DNA of 64,000 nt from a bacterium (GTDB taxonomy: Bacteria > Hinthialibacterota > Hinthialibacteria > Hinthialibacterales > Hinthialibacteraceae), in assembly GCA_963663405.2 (NCBI GenBank), contig CAXXSM010000022.1, positions 32,001 to 96,000 on the forward strand, written 5' to 3'. Position 1 is the first letter of the stretch. Each line of letters begins with the position of its first letter. Position numbers and translations under genes: made by a program. Under the pieces are notes generated by a model, which ran no database searches, was not told where the DNA came from, and saw only the letters and a list, made by a program, of their open reading frames with translations. Of the stretch, positions 8,264 through 17,478 are shown piece after piece.

Positions 8264-10174
8264 ATGAGTAAACGAATTAGTGTTTTTTATACGGTCACAG
8301 TTCTAAGTCTCTTTCTCTCAGGCGCCGCGGTTTTATTGATCTCGGCGCAGGATATGGAAACAGTATCCATTGGCTCAACGGTTCCCGATATTGAGGCCTA
8401 TAGTATTGAAGGGCTTCCGGTCTCTTTCCACCCACCGGAGGGAAAGATTCTTCTCGTTCAATTTATGAAATCAAGCGATGAACAGGCGGATGAATGCATC
8501 CGGGACCTAATCGTCCTTTATGGGCGTTTCCGGGAAAGTGGTTTGCTTTTATTGTGCGTGTTTATGGATACGGATGAAGACCAGGTAGTCCGTTTTTCAA
8601 CCCGATGGCAAGTCCCCTGGCCGCAGGTGTTGGACTCAGATGTGGATGAAGAGAGACCATCACAAGTTTTTGGTGTCAAAGAATTCCCTGCCAATTTCCT
8701 GCTTGATTCCACTGGAAAGATTCTTGCGTTGAATTTGACTGGTGAGAGCGCCCATAATGCGATCGCCGAACAACTGAATGTTTCCCTCGACTCTCTGCCG
8801 GTTCCTGAAGCGCCTTCCCCCATTTCCGAAGGAGGGCCGGGAAGCCGGAATGTGGTTATGACAACAGCTCCATCCGTTCCAAGCGTTCCAAAAGTGAATC
8901 TGCTGGGCACAAAAAAGGAGCGTGAAGAAGCGGAAGCCTGCAAAGAAAACCTCCGGAAAATCAGCCTTGCGATTACGGCCTACAAACAAGATCACAACGG
9001 GGAGCCGCCAAACTGGCTGCATGAACTGTTTCCTCAATACCTTCAGGATGAAAACGTTCTCTTATGTCCAAGCGATCCCACGCATGAAACCCGCTTTGCG
9101 TATTTGATCGATAAAAAAATGAAGTGCGGCTATTTATACGAATTCGCACCCGCCCCCAATTCGACGGGATGGAATAATCAGCCCTGGCGGGATTGGAAGA
9201 AATCTCAACTCCATGAGTATGGTGACAAAACGCCACTCGTCGGCTGTTATCATCATTCCCGCAAATTGAATCTATCGTATGGCGGAGAGATCTATTTCAG
9301 TTCCGAGGTCTGGGAAAATGATTTTCCACAGGGTAGCACAATCAATGATCCCGACGCAAAAACCCGGAAGAAACTGATGGACATCGCAGTTGCGCTGGAT
9401 CGATATAAAAAAGAGAAGAAAACCGTTCCCGATGAGCTGAAGGACCTTTATCCAAAATACATCCGAAACGAGACTTTTTACCTCTGCCCGGCCACTAATG
9501 AGTCCTTCTCCTATCAATTTTCGAAACAATCAGGATTGCGGGATTGGAAAAAAGAACAGTTGAAGATCTACGGCGGTTACGTGCCTATCGTCCGCGCGCG
9601 CGGAGCGCTTAAAAACGGGAACGTCATTAACTTGGCGTATAATGGGGAGATCTACGAAAGCCCCAGTGTCTGGGAGACTTTATTCATTCGTGACAGCGCC
9701 GCGATACCAAAAACGACGGCGGCTGATCGAAAAACCACTTCTACACGATCCACACGAACCATGGAAATTGCCCGCACGGAAGCGGAAATGCGCATATTAT
9801 CAAACGCGCTGGAATGTTTCTTCATCGATAACAATACATACCCATTTCCACTGGAAGGGCAAACGATCGATAAGGCCGGTATAAAAATCGGTTCCGGTTC
9901 GAGAGCGAGATATCTTCGCTTAACCACACCCGTCGCTTACATCTCAACAATACCCAAAGATCCATTCTCGAAAGAGTCCAACGCCTACCGCTATCACAGC
10001 GATGGGAAGAATTATTACATCCTGGCCTCTGACGGCCCGGACCGGAAAATCGATTTCGATCTGAAGAAATTTGATCTCAGCAAAGGATCAAAAAACGACG
10101 ATCTCACACCCTTTACCTATCATCCCTCGAATGGATTGACCAGCCAGGGGGATCTTTTCCGGGTTGGACCGTGA
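8264..10174 (+). CDS. Exported protein, paralog A2 (same architecture as A1)
   Basis: Closely similar to 5972-7849 over the full length. Confidence 0.75.
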   Translation: MSKRISVFYTVTVLSLFLSGAAVLLISAQDMETVSIGSTVPDIEAYSIEGLPVSFHPPEGKILLVQFMKSSDEQADECIRDLIVLYGRFRESGLLLLCVFMDTDEDQVVRFSTRWQVPWPQVLDSDVDEERPSQVFGVKEFPANFLLDSTGKILALNLTGESAHNAIAEQLNVSLDSLPVPEAPSPISEGGPGSRNVVMTTAPSVPSVPKVNLLGTKKEREEAEACKENLRKISLAITAYKQDHNGEPPNWLHELFPQYLQDENVLLCPSDPTHETRFAYLIDKKMKCGYLYEFAPAPNSTGWNNQPWRDWKKSQLHEYGDKTPLVGCYHHSRKLNLSYGGEIYFSSEVWENDFPQGSTINDPDAKTRKKLMDIAVALDRYKKEKKTVPDELKDLYPKYIRNETFYLCPATNESFSYQFSKQSGLRDWKKEQLKIYGGYVPIVRARGALKNGNVINLAYNGEIYESPSVWETLFIRDSAAIPKTTAADRKTTSTRSTRTMEIARTEAEMRILSNALECFFIDNNTYPFPLEGQTIDKAGIKIGSGSRARYLRLTTPVAYISTIPKDPFSKESNAYRYHSDGKNYYILASDGPDRKIDFDLKKFDLSKGSKNDDLTPFTYHPSNGLTSQGDLFRVGP

Positions 10175-10229
10175 TAGAATGCGCTGTCAAGAACAATCAC
10201 ATCACAACGAGAGATGAGGTTTTCCAAAC

Positions 10230-12278
10230 GTGGTTTCTTACAGAACACTATTCATCCGGACGGCGGTCCTTCTTTTCCTAACCAATGGATTTTTTAGTTC
10301 AATGGAACTCTTTGGACAGGAAGGAAATTTGAAGGTGGGGGATATTTTCCCCGAATTTGATGTCGAGAGCATCGAAGGGCTTCCTATTTCCTTCCGTCCG
10401 CCGGATGGAAGTCTGTTACTGGTTATCATCTGGGATACCAATTCTCCACGGGCTGAAGACGCGGCCCGCGATACAATTGTTCTCTATAAACGGTTTCACG
10501 ATTCGGGATTCGATGTTGTTGGCATCTGTACCAATCTATCGGAAGGAGGTGTGGAGGAATTCTCCACACTCTGGACAATTCCCTGGCCCCAGGCGATGAA
10601 CGAGGATATCGAAGGGGCGGATACAACCGAACAACTCGGTATCCTCGAACTGCCCATCACGTATCTGCTCGATTCAGACGGGCGGATCCTCGCGATCTCA
10701 CCAAAGGGTGACCGGGCGCATGCGGCCATCGCCGGTTATCTTGGAGTATCACTCGACGATCTCCCCAAACCTGCGATGCCCGCAAAACGGACCAAACCAT
10801 CATTTGAACCGAGTGGAATGACACAAACACCTAGAGAAGGCGCGTATTCACTCTTGGGATCATTGGAAGAGCGTGAACGGGTAGAACCATGCCGGAGCAA
10901 TCTACGGCAAATTGGAATCGCGCTGACGAGTTATCAACTCGATCATGAAGGGGAATGGCCTAACTGGCTGTCGGACCTGTATCCAAAGTATCTGCAGGAT
11001 GAATCAATTCTGCTCTGCCCCAATCATCCCTCCGCCACTGTGTATCGGGGATTGATCGATCCCAAAATGAAATGCAGTTATGTCTACGAATTCGCGCCGA
11101 TTGAGTGGGATGGCGCCATTTACCGGGATATCCAAAAAGCGAAATTGGAAATCTATGGGGATAAAGTTCCCGTCGTGCGGTGCCTCAAATGCCTTGAAGA
11201 CGGGCGCGCGCTCAACTTGAGCTACGGCGGTGAGATCTATTTAAGCGGAGAGATTTGGGAAGACGATATGCCGACGGACAACGACCTCGAAGACGCCGCC
11301 TCCGAGATTCGTCAGCAGTTTCGCCAAATCGCCGCCGTCATCCATCGCTACAAGAAAGAACACGGGAAAATCCCGGATGAACTGGACACGCTTCATCCCG
11401 ATTACATCCCGGATGTAAAAACACTATCCAATCCCGTCACGGGTTGGATCTATTCCTATGAATTCAGCCCGAACATCCCCAATCCATATACGGAGGATGG
11501 TGAAACGCTTTTTGATTACCGGACGAAACAGATGGAAGAATTCGGCGGGTATGTGCCCATGATCCGCGCCGCGGGTATCCTCGACAAGCAGAATGTGATC
11601 AATCTGTCGTATCATGGAGAAGTCTGGCAAAGCACGATGAATTGGGAAGGAGATCTTCATTCCAGCACGGGACCAATGGTCTGGCTGCCAGGTGATCCAC
11701 CGGGAAAACAGATCGATCCCGATCATCAACTGGAAAACTGGCGCGGGAATGTGGCCAGAGGAACCATAACGATTCAAAAAGATGAGCAGATCCGCTCAAT
11801 CTGCGGCTCGTGGCAGATGGATAAGGAGATGATCCAGCAAACGGATATTCACGCCAAACCTGCGGCCTTGATCTTTGAACCGGTTATCGAAAAAGGAGAA
11901 ATCCGGCTTCGCGCCCGTGTAATGGATGGAAAGAACGGATTCCGGATTGTGTTTGGATACAAACCGACAGAAGAACACTACGCCTGGACCATCGGCGGAC
12001 AAGAGAACAAAGTCAACACATTGGATAAACGCTCTACCCTGCGGGAGATCAAATTTTACAATGTTCTGAATGATCCGGAGCCCTACAACGTCCAACAGAA
12101 AATTTGGTATACAATCCGTTTGCTAGTCGATGCGGATAAGCGCACAGTGGTAGGTTATCTGAACGGAGAGAAACGATTGTCTATTACACTGGAGGAAGAA
12201 ACGTTGAAAGGCCGGTTCGGCCTGACGGTCAATGAAACTATCGCCGAATTCGACCAGATTTCCATAACCGGAAAATAA
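10230..12278 (+). CDS. Exported protein, paralog A3: Cys-less redoxin, pilin-head-like modules, C-terminal beta-sandwich (concanavalin/DUF1080-like) domain
   Basis: Shares SIEGLP.SFRPP.G, NWL..L.PKYLQDE.IL.CP, YEFAP and LSYGGEIY with A1/A2; the last ~200 aa differ. Confidence 0.7.
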   Translation: MVSYRTLFIRTAVLLFLTNGFFSSMELFGQEGNLKVGDIFPEFDVESIEGLPISFRPPDGSLLLVIIWDTNSPRAEDAARDTIVLYKRFHDSGFDVVGICTNLSEGGVEEFSTLWTIPWPQAMNEDIEGADTTEQLGILELPITYLLDSDGRILAISPKGDRAHAAIAGYLGVSLDDLPKPAMPAKRTKPSFEPSGMTQTPREGAYSLLGSLEERERVEPCRSNLRQIGIALTSYQLDHEGEWPNWLSDLYPKYLQDESILLCPNHPSATVYRGLIDPKMKCSYVYEFAPIEWDGAIYRDIQKAKLEIYGDKVPVVRCLKCLEDGRALNLSYGGEIYLSGEIWEDDMPTDNDLEDAASEIRQQFRQIAAVIHRYKKEHGKIPDELDTLHPDYIPDVKTLSNPVTGWIYSYEFSPNIPNPYTEDGETLFDYRTKQMEEFGGYVPMIRAAGILDKQNVINLSYHGEVWQSTMNWEGDLHSSTGPMVWLPGDPPGKQIDPDHQLENWRGNVARGTITIQKDEQIRSICGSWQMDKEMIQQTDIHAKPAALIFEPVIEKGEIRLRARVMDGKNGFRIVFGYKPTEEHYAWTIGGQENKVNTLDKRSTLREIKFYNVLNDPEPYNVQQKIWYTIRLLVDADKRTVVGYLNGEKRLSITLEEETLKGRFGLTVNETIAEFDQISITGK

Positions 12279-12422
12279 CCGAATTTGTTAGACAAGGAAC
12301 ATAAAAACTGTTATAGACGACGAATAATGGCGCAGATTAAAAAGGAGTGTATAATAGGCTGGAGAAAAGATCGATTCTATCCTATTTACACCGTTAATAT
12401 TTTCGAAAGGAGGACAAAGCCT

Positions 12423-13949
12423 ATGAAGTGTGCCAAGTCTTCCCTCCTGGGATTGGTTTTCATCGCCGCCTCCGCGTTTCTCTTCGCGGATACCGCCTCC
12501 GCGGTTTCCTGCAAACTGGAGTTGAAACGGCTTGAAGATAAATCTTCAATGGTACGGAGCGCGCAGGATGAGGACTATATCCTGCGGAGGGTAAGCAGAC
12601 AGTACTTTTCATGGCGTCCGGACCGGGATACCATTCCCGAATTTACAAACGCTGTGAAAAAAGAACCGCCGAAGTATGAGTATGAAAATCCTTACAAAGG
12701 CGTGATGACGTTGGGTTCCGATAAATACTTATTTGTATTGGATTCGAGCGATATCAACACGAAAGGATTTCATAAACTCTACTTCGACCGCAATCTCAAC
12801 GGCGATTTGACGGATGATTCCGTCATTGAAGCCATGGCGCTGCCAACCGGCGTTAACTTCGGCCCCGGCTCGATGCGCCGGGAATTTCCCCGGCAGGACC
12901 TGATGGTGAACGTGGATGGCAAGAAGCATGATTATTCGGTCTTTTTCGAAGCCTATTCCGACACACGGGATGGAGGAAATCTTCGGTACGCCTACACGCA
13001 AGCCGGCGCCGGCGCCTATCGCAAGGGAGAAGTGGAATTGGAGGGCAAAACGCATTCCATTTTCCTGCTCGATTTCAACAGCAACGGCCGTTTTGACGAT
13101 GTGACGACTGTAAACGAAAATGTCCAATACAGCAATGGCCGGATTTATCCTTCGCAGGGCGACCGGATCTTGCTTGATTTTAGCGCGCAGAACACCGATC
13201 CCTCGTATTACAATCTGACGGGCCGTAAAGACCGTGTGCCTGTCGCCAAACTGGTTTTCGTGAATGGGAAGTATTACGAGATGACGGTCTCTCCCTCCGG
13301 AGATTCCATCGAACTCACCCCATCCACAACGCCAACCGGTTCGATTGAGAACTCGAACGATGTGTTTGACGTCGCCCTTTACAACAAAGAGGGCGTGCTC
13401 AAACTGAACGGCAAGAAAGGCGACAAAATTTCTGTGCCGGAAGGTGAATGGAAGCTGCTCGAATATACGATCGATCTAACCGACTCCTCCAACACATCTG
13501 GACGGCAAGGCTGGACTTTGATCGCCGCTTCCGGAACGAAGAATTGCCCAACCGTGAAAGTAGAGAAAGGGAAAACCGTTGAATTTCCCTTCGGCAGCCC
13601 CTTCAAACCTCTCGTTCAGACGCAGCCCATGGGCCGCTCGAACGGTCAGGTGGAACAAGTGCGGCTGAGTCTGGAATTTACAGACTGTTCCGGCGCGATC
13701 TGCACGAATCTCTACGTCAACGGAAACCGCCCTCCCGATCCCACCTTCGCGATCGCCACACCCAGCAATGAAATCGTGGAGCGCGGCAAGTTTGAATATG
13801 GCTGAGGCTTTACCTGTTCGTACACATGGCGTGTACCTTCTAAACTGCAAGATGAATACCGCGTCCATGTCCGCATGAATGCAGGACCTTTCAAAGTCGA
13901 TAAAAAAGCATACAGCGTGATCAAATCATCAACACTGAAAGGATTGTAA
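12423..13949 (+). CDS. Candidate secreted selenoprotein B1 (508 aa, Sec461 at TGA 13803-13805)
   Basis: RBS AGGAGG, signal peptide. After the TGA the frame reads GFTCSYTWRVPSKLQDEYRVHVRMNAGPFKVDKKAYSVIKSSTLKGL to TAA 13947-13949. SECIS-like hairpin present; gene lies between selD and selB. Confidence 0.88.
13820..13836 (+). promoter_or_regulatory. Putative SECIS hairpin of B1
   Basis: GTACAC-ATGGC-GTGTAC, starting 14 nt after the TGA. Confidence 0.75.
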
Positions 13950-13992
13950 GCGCCTCTTTCAGCAGGACTTACCTATGCGCGGAATAATCATA

Positions 13993-14021
13993 ACGGGGCG
14001 GGACTTGAAATCCCGCCCCGT
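13993..14021 (+). terminator. GC-rich hairpin (terminator/REP-like) after the extended B1 ORF
   Basis: ACGGGGCGGGA-CTTGAAA-TCCCGCCCCGT; U tract is weak. Confidence 0.6.
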
Positions 14022-14120
14022 GTTCTCTCACAGGTGAGGAAATATGGTATTAGGGAAAGACGAAATACCAACCGAATCCAAATCGAAAAGTCAATTCGAT
14101 AGAAAGGACGGTTAGAGATT

Positions 14121-15650
14121 ATGAACTCCTGCAAGCGTTCCCTCTTTGGATTCGTTCTCATCCTTGGCGCCCTGTTTCTCATCCTTGATCCCGCACACGG
14201 TGCGACCTTCAAACTGGAGTTGAAACGGTTTGAAGATAAATCTTCACTCATACTAAGTAATGAAGAGGAAAGAATTCTTCAAAAAGTAAAAACCCAGTAT
14301 TTACCGTGGGATCAAGAGCGTTCTATGACACCGGCTTTCATAAAAGCCGTAAAAAAAGAACCCACTGTATATGAATCGAATACACTGTACAGAGGTGTGA
14401 TCCAATTCGGATCGGATCAATATGGTTTTGTATTGGATTCAAGCAATATCAAAAGGGAAGGTTTCAACAAACTCTATTTCGACCGCAATCTCAATGGCGA
14501 TTTGACGGACGATCCCATTATCGAAGCCAAGGCTTTGCCAAAAGGCGTACATTTTGGTTCTGGTATAATACTGCGGGAATTTCCCCGTCAGGATCTTACG
14601 GTGAACGTAGGAGGGAAATCGTACGATTATTCATTCTTTTTGACTGTATCATCCGATGAACGAGGTCCAATCCGGGGATCGCTGCAACACGCCCGCGCCT
14701 ACATCACCCCCGGCGCCTATCGCATGGGGAAAGTCGTATTGAATGGCAAAACGCATTCCATTTGCCTGCTTGATTTCAACAGCAACGGCCGTTTTGATGA
14801 TGTTACGGTAATACATGATAGAGTCAATAAAAGAACTAGCCGGATTTATTACACGCCTGGGGACCGGCTTCTACTCGATTTCAACCCGAAGAACGCCGAT
14901 CCTTCCTATTACAATCTGACGGGACGCGAAGACCGGGTTCCCGTTGCCAAGTTACTGTTCGTGGACGGGAAATATTATGAGATGACGGTCTCTCCATCGG
15001 GAGATTCTATCGAACTTATCCCCTCCACGGCGCCCACCGGTTTTATTCAGAACTCAAACGAAGTGTATGACGCCGCTCTCTACGGCGATCAGGGGATTCT
15101 CAAATTGACAGGGAAAAAAGGCGATCGAATTCCCATCCCGGCAGGAGAATGGAAACTATTGGAATATACGATTGATCTGACCGATCCAGAGAAAAGATTC
15201 CGGATCCCACACGCTTTGACGCTGATCTCCGCTGCAGGGACAAAGAACTGTCCATCGGTAAAAGTAGAGAAAGGTAAAACCGTCGAATTCCCATTTGGCG
15301 GCCCCTATAAACCTCTCGTCCAGGTGAGTTCTGTCGGTTTTGGAACAGCCATCCCCCAAGCGCGGTTGAGTCTGGCATTCACGGACTGCGCCGGCGCGAT
15401 TTGTACGAATCTATATGTAAAAGGAAACCGGCCGCCCAATCCATCGTTTACAATCGCTACGCCTAGCAATGAAATCGTGGAGCGCGGCAAGTTTGAATAT
15501 GGCTGAGGCTTCACCTGCGCGTACATATGGAATGTACCATTAAAACTTCATGATGAATACCACTTCCATGTCCAAATGAAAGCGGGACCATTTGAAGTCG
15601 ATAAAAATTCATACAGCGTGATTAAATCCTCAATGCTGAAAAGGAAGTAG
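14121..15650 (+). CDS. Candidate secreted selenoprotein B2 (509 aa, Sec462 at TGA 15504-15506)
   Basis: After the TGA: GFTCAYIWNVPLKLHDEYHFHVQMKAGPFEVDKNSYSVIKSSMLKRK to TAG 15648-15650. Confidence 0.88.
15521..15537 (+). promoter_or_regulatory. Putative SECIS hairpin of B2
   Basis: GTACAT-ATGGA-ATGTAC; compensatory C-G to T-A pair relative to B1/B3. Confidence 0.75.
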
Positions 15651-15817
15651 GTTTCTATTTCATGAAGAGGAAACAATGCAAGTATTACTCAAATGGGACT
15701 CAATTTTAATTCCCATTACATCTCCACCCTCAGGCAGGAGAGTATATAATAGGAAAGGTCATACAACCAGCCGTTCCTATCGAAACATCAATCCAATCGA
15801 AAGGATGGTAAAAATTC

Positions 15818-17347
15818 ATGAAGTTCGGCAAACGAATCTTTTTAGGATTCTTTCTCCTTCTCGTCGCTGCGTTTCTCTTCACGGATACTGCGAACGCAGT
15901 GACCTGTAAATTGGAATTGAAACGGTTTGAAGACAAATCATCAATGTATGAGACCGCTGGAGATGAAGAACCAATCCTGCGGAGAGTGAGAGGGCAGTAC
16001 CTGCGATGGCGGCGAGATCAGGCCACGACGGCGGATTTCGTCGAAGCCGTTAAAAAAGAACCGAAGTATGAGTCAGATATCCTGTACCGGGGTGTGATTA
16101 CCTTAGGTTCGGATCAATACGGTTTCGCGTTAGATTCAAGCGATATCATAAAAAATGGATTTCACAAATTCTATTTCGACCGCAATCAAAATGGTGATCT
16201 GACAGACGACGCCGTCATCGAAGCCATGCCATTGCCAAAAGGCGTCAACTTCGGTCCCGGCTTTATGCAACGCGAATTCCCCCGGCAGGACATGACAGTT
16301 AACACCGATGGCAAGAAGTATGATTATTCATTCTTCTTACTTGTGTATTCCGACACGCAGGGACAATCCGATGGATCACTGCGATACGCCTCCGCGCAGC
16401 TCAGCACAGGCGTGTATCGAAAAGGGGAAGTGGAACTCGACGGCCAACAACATACCATTCACTTGCTCGATTTCAATTGCAACGGCCGTTTCGATGATTC
16501 AACCACAATACGCGACGATATCCGGAACGATAATGGACGGATCTATCAAACACACGGCGATCGAATCATGCTTGATTTCAATGTTGAAAACGCCGATCCC
16601 GCGTATTACAATCTGACGGGACGGAAAGACCGTCTCCCCGTTGAAAAACTGTTATTCGTCAATGGGAAATATTATGATCTGACGGTTTCTCCATCGGGCG
16701 AATCTCTTGAATTCACTCCATCCAAGGCGCCACTCGGTTCGATTCAAAACAAGAACGAAGTGTTTGAATTCGCCCTCTACAACGATCAGAGTGTGCTCAA
16801 ACTGTCTGGCAAGAAAGACGATCCAATTCCCATCCCAGAAGGGGAATGGAAACTGCTTGAATACACAATCAATCTCACCGATCCAGCAAAAAGTTCCCAG
16901 GGCCGGCGATCGTGGACATTGCTCTCCGCCGCAGGGACCACGAACTGCAAACCGGTGAAAGTGGAGAAAGGGAAAACAGTTGAATTCCCCTTTGGCGGTC
17001 CCTACAAACCTCTAGTGCGGGTAAATCCGATGGGTTCAAACAACCAAGTGGATCAAGCGCGAGTAAGTCTAGAATTTATTGACAATGTAAGCGCGATCTG
17101 CACCAATCTCTACGTCAACGGAGACCGGCCGCCTGATCCAACTTTCGTCATCGCCACGCCCAATAATGAAATCGTGGAGCGCGGCAAGTTTGAATATGGC
17201 TGAGGCTTTACCTGTTCGTACACATGGCGTGTACCGACAAAACTTGAAGATGAATACCGTGTTCACGTTCGCATGAAAGCAGGGCCTTTTGAAGTTGATA
17301 AAAAAGCCTATAGCGTTATCAAACCTTCGATGCTTAAATTCAACTAA
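15818..17347 (+). CDS. Candidate secreted selenoprotein B3 (509 aa, Sec462 at TGA 17201-17203)
   Basis: After the TGA: GFTCSYTWRVPTKLEDEYRVHVRMKAGPFEVDKKAYSVIKPSMLKFN to TAA 17345-17347. Confidence 0.88.
17218..17234 (+). promoter_or_regulatory. Putative SECIS hairpin of B3
   Basis: GTACAC-ATGGC-GTGTAC, 14 nt after the TGA. Confidence 0.75.
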
Positions 17348-17385
17348 GTTCTTATTTCATAAGGACCAAGCTATACGCGTGTAAC

Positions 17386-17422
17386 AAAACGGGGCGGGAT
17401 TGAAAATCCCACCCCGTTTTTT
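17386..17422 (+). terminator. Intrinsic terminator after B3
   Basis: AAAACGGGGCGGGATT-GAA-AATCCCACCCCGTTTTTT; homologous to the 13993 hairpin. Confidence 0.7.
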
Positions 17423-17478
17423 AATCCGAATGAAAAACCGGCGAATAGAATCCTTCCCACAGGAGAATTCTCAAAACG

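Noticed and set aside
2747-10177. Sec readthrough at the TGA stops of selA, the DCCP-like gene and A2
   Set aside because: The proteins are complete at those points. A2 is TGA-TAG and its paralog A1 ends in TAA. No matching hairpin or conserved extension.
13803-17203. Genome-wide UGA reassignment (code 4/25) as the explanation for the in-frame TGAs
   Set aside because: selA, nifU, bcp, the GntR gene and others end in TGA at the expected C-terminus, and no other gene here needs TGA readthrough.
13803-17203. TGAs as sequencing errors or nonsense mutations
   Set aside because: The same codon occurs at the same column in three diverged paralogs with conserved tails; the apparent errors in this window are indels.
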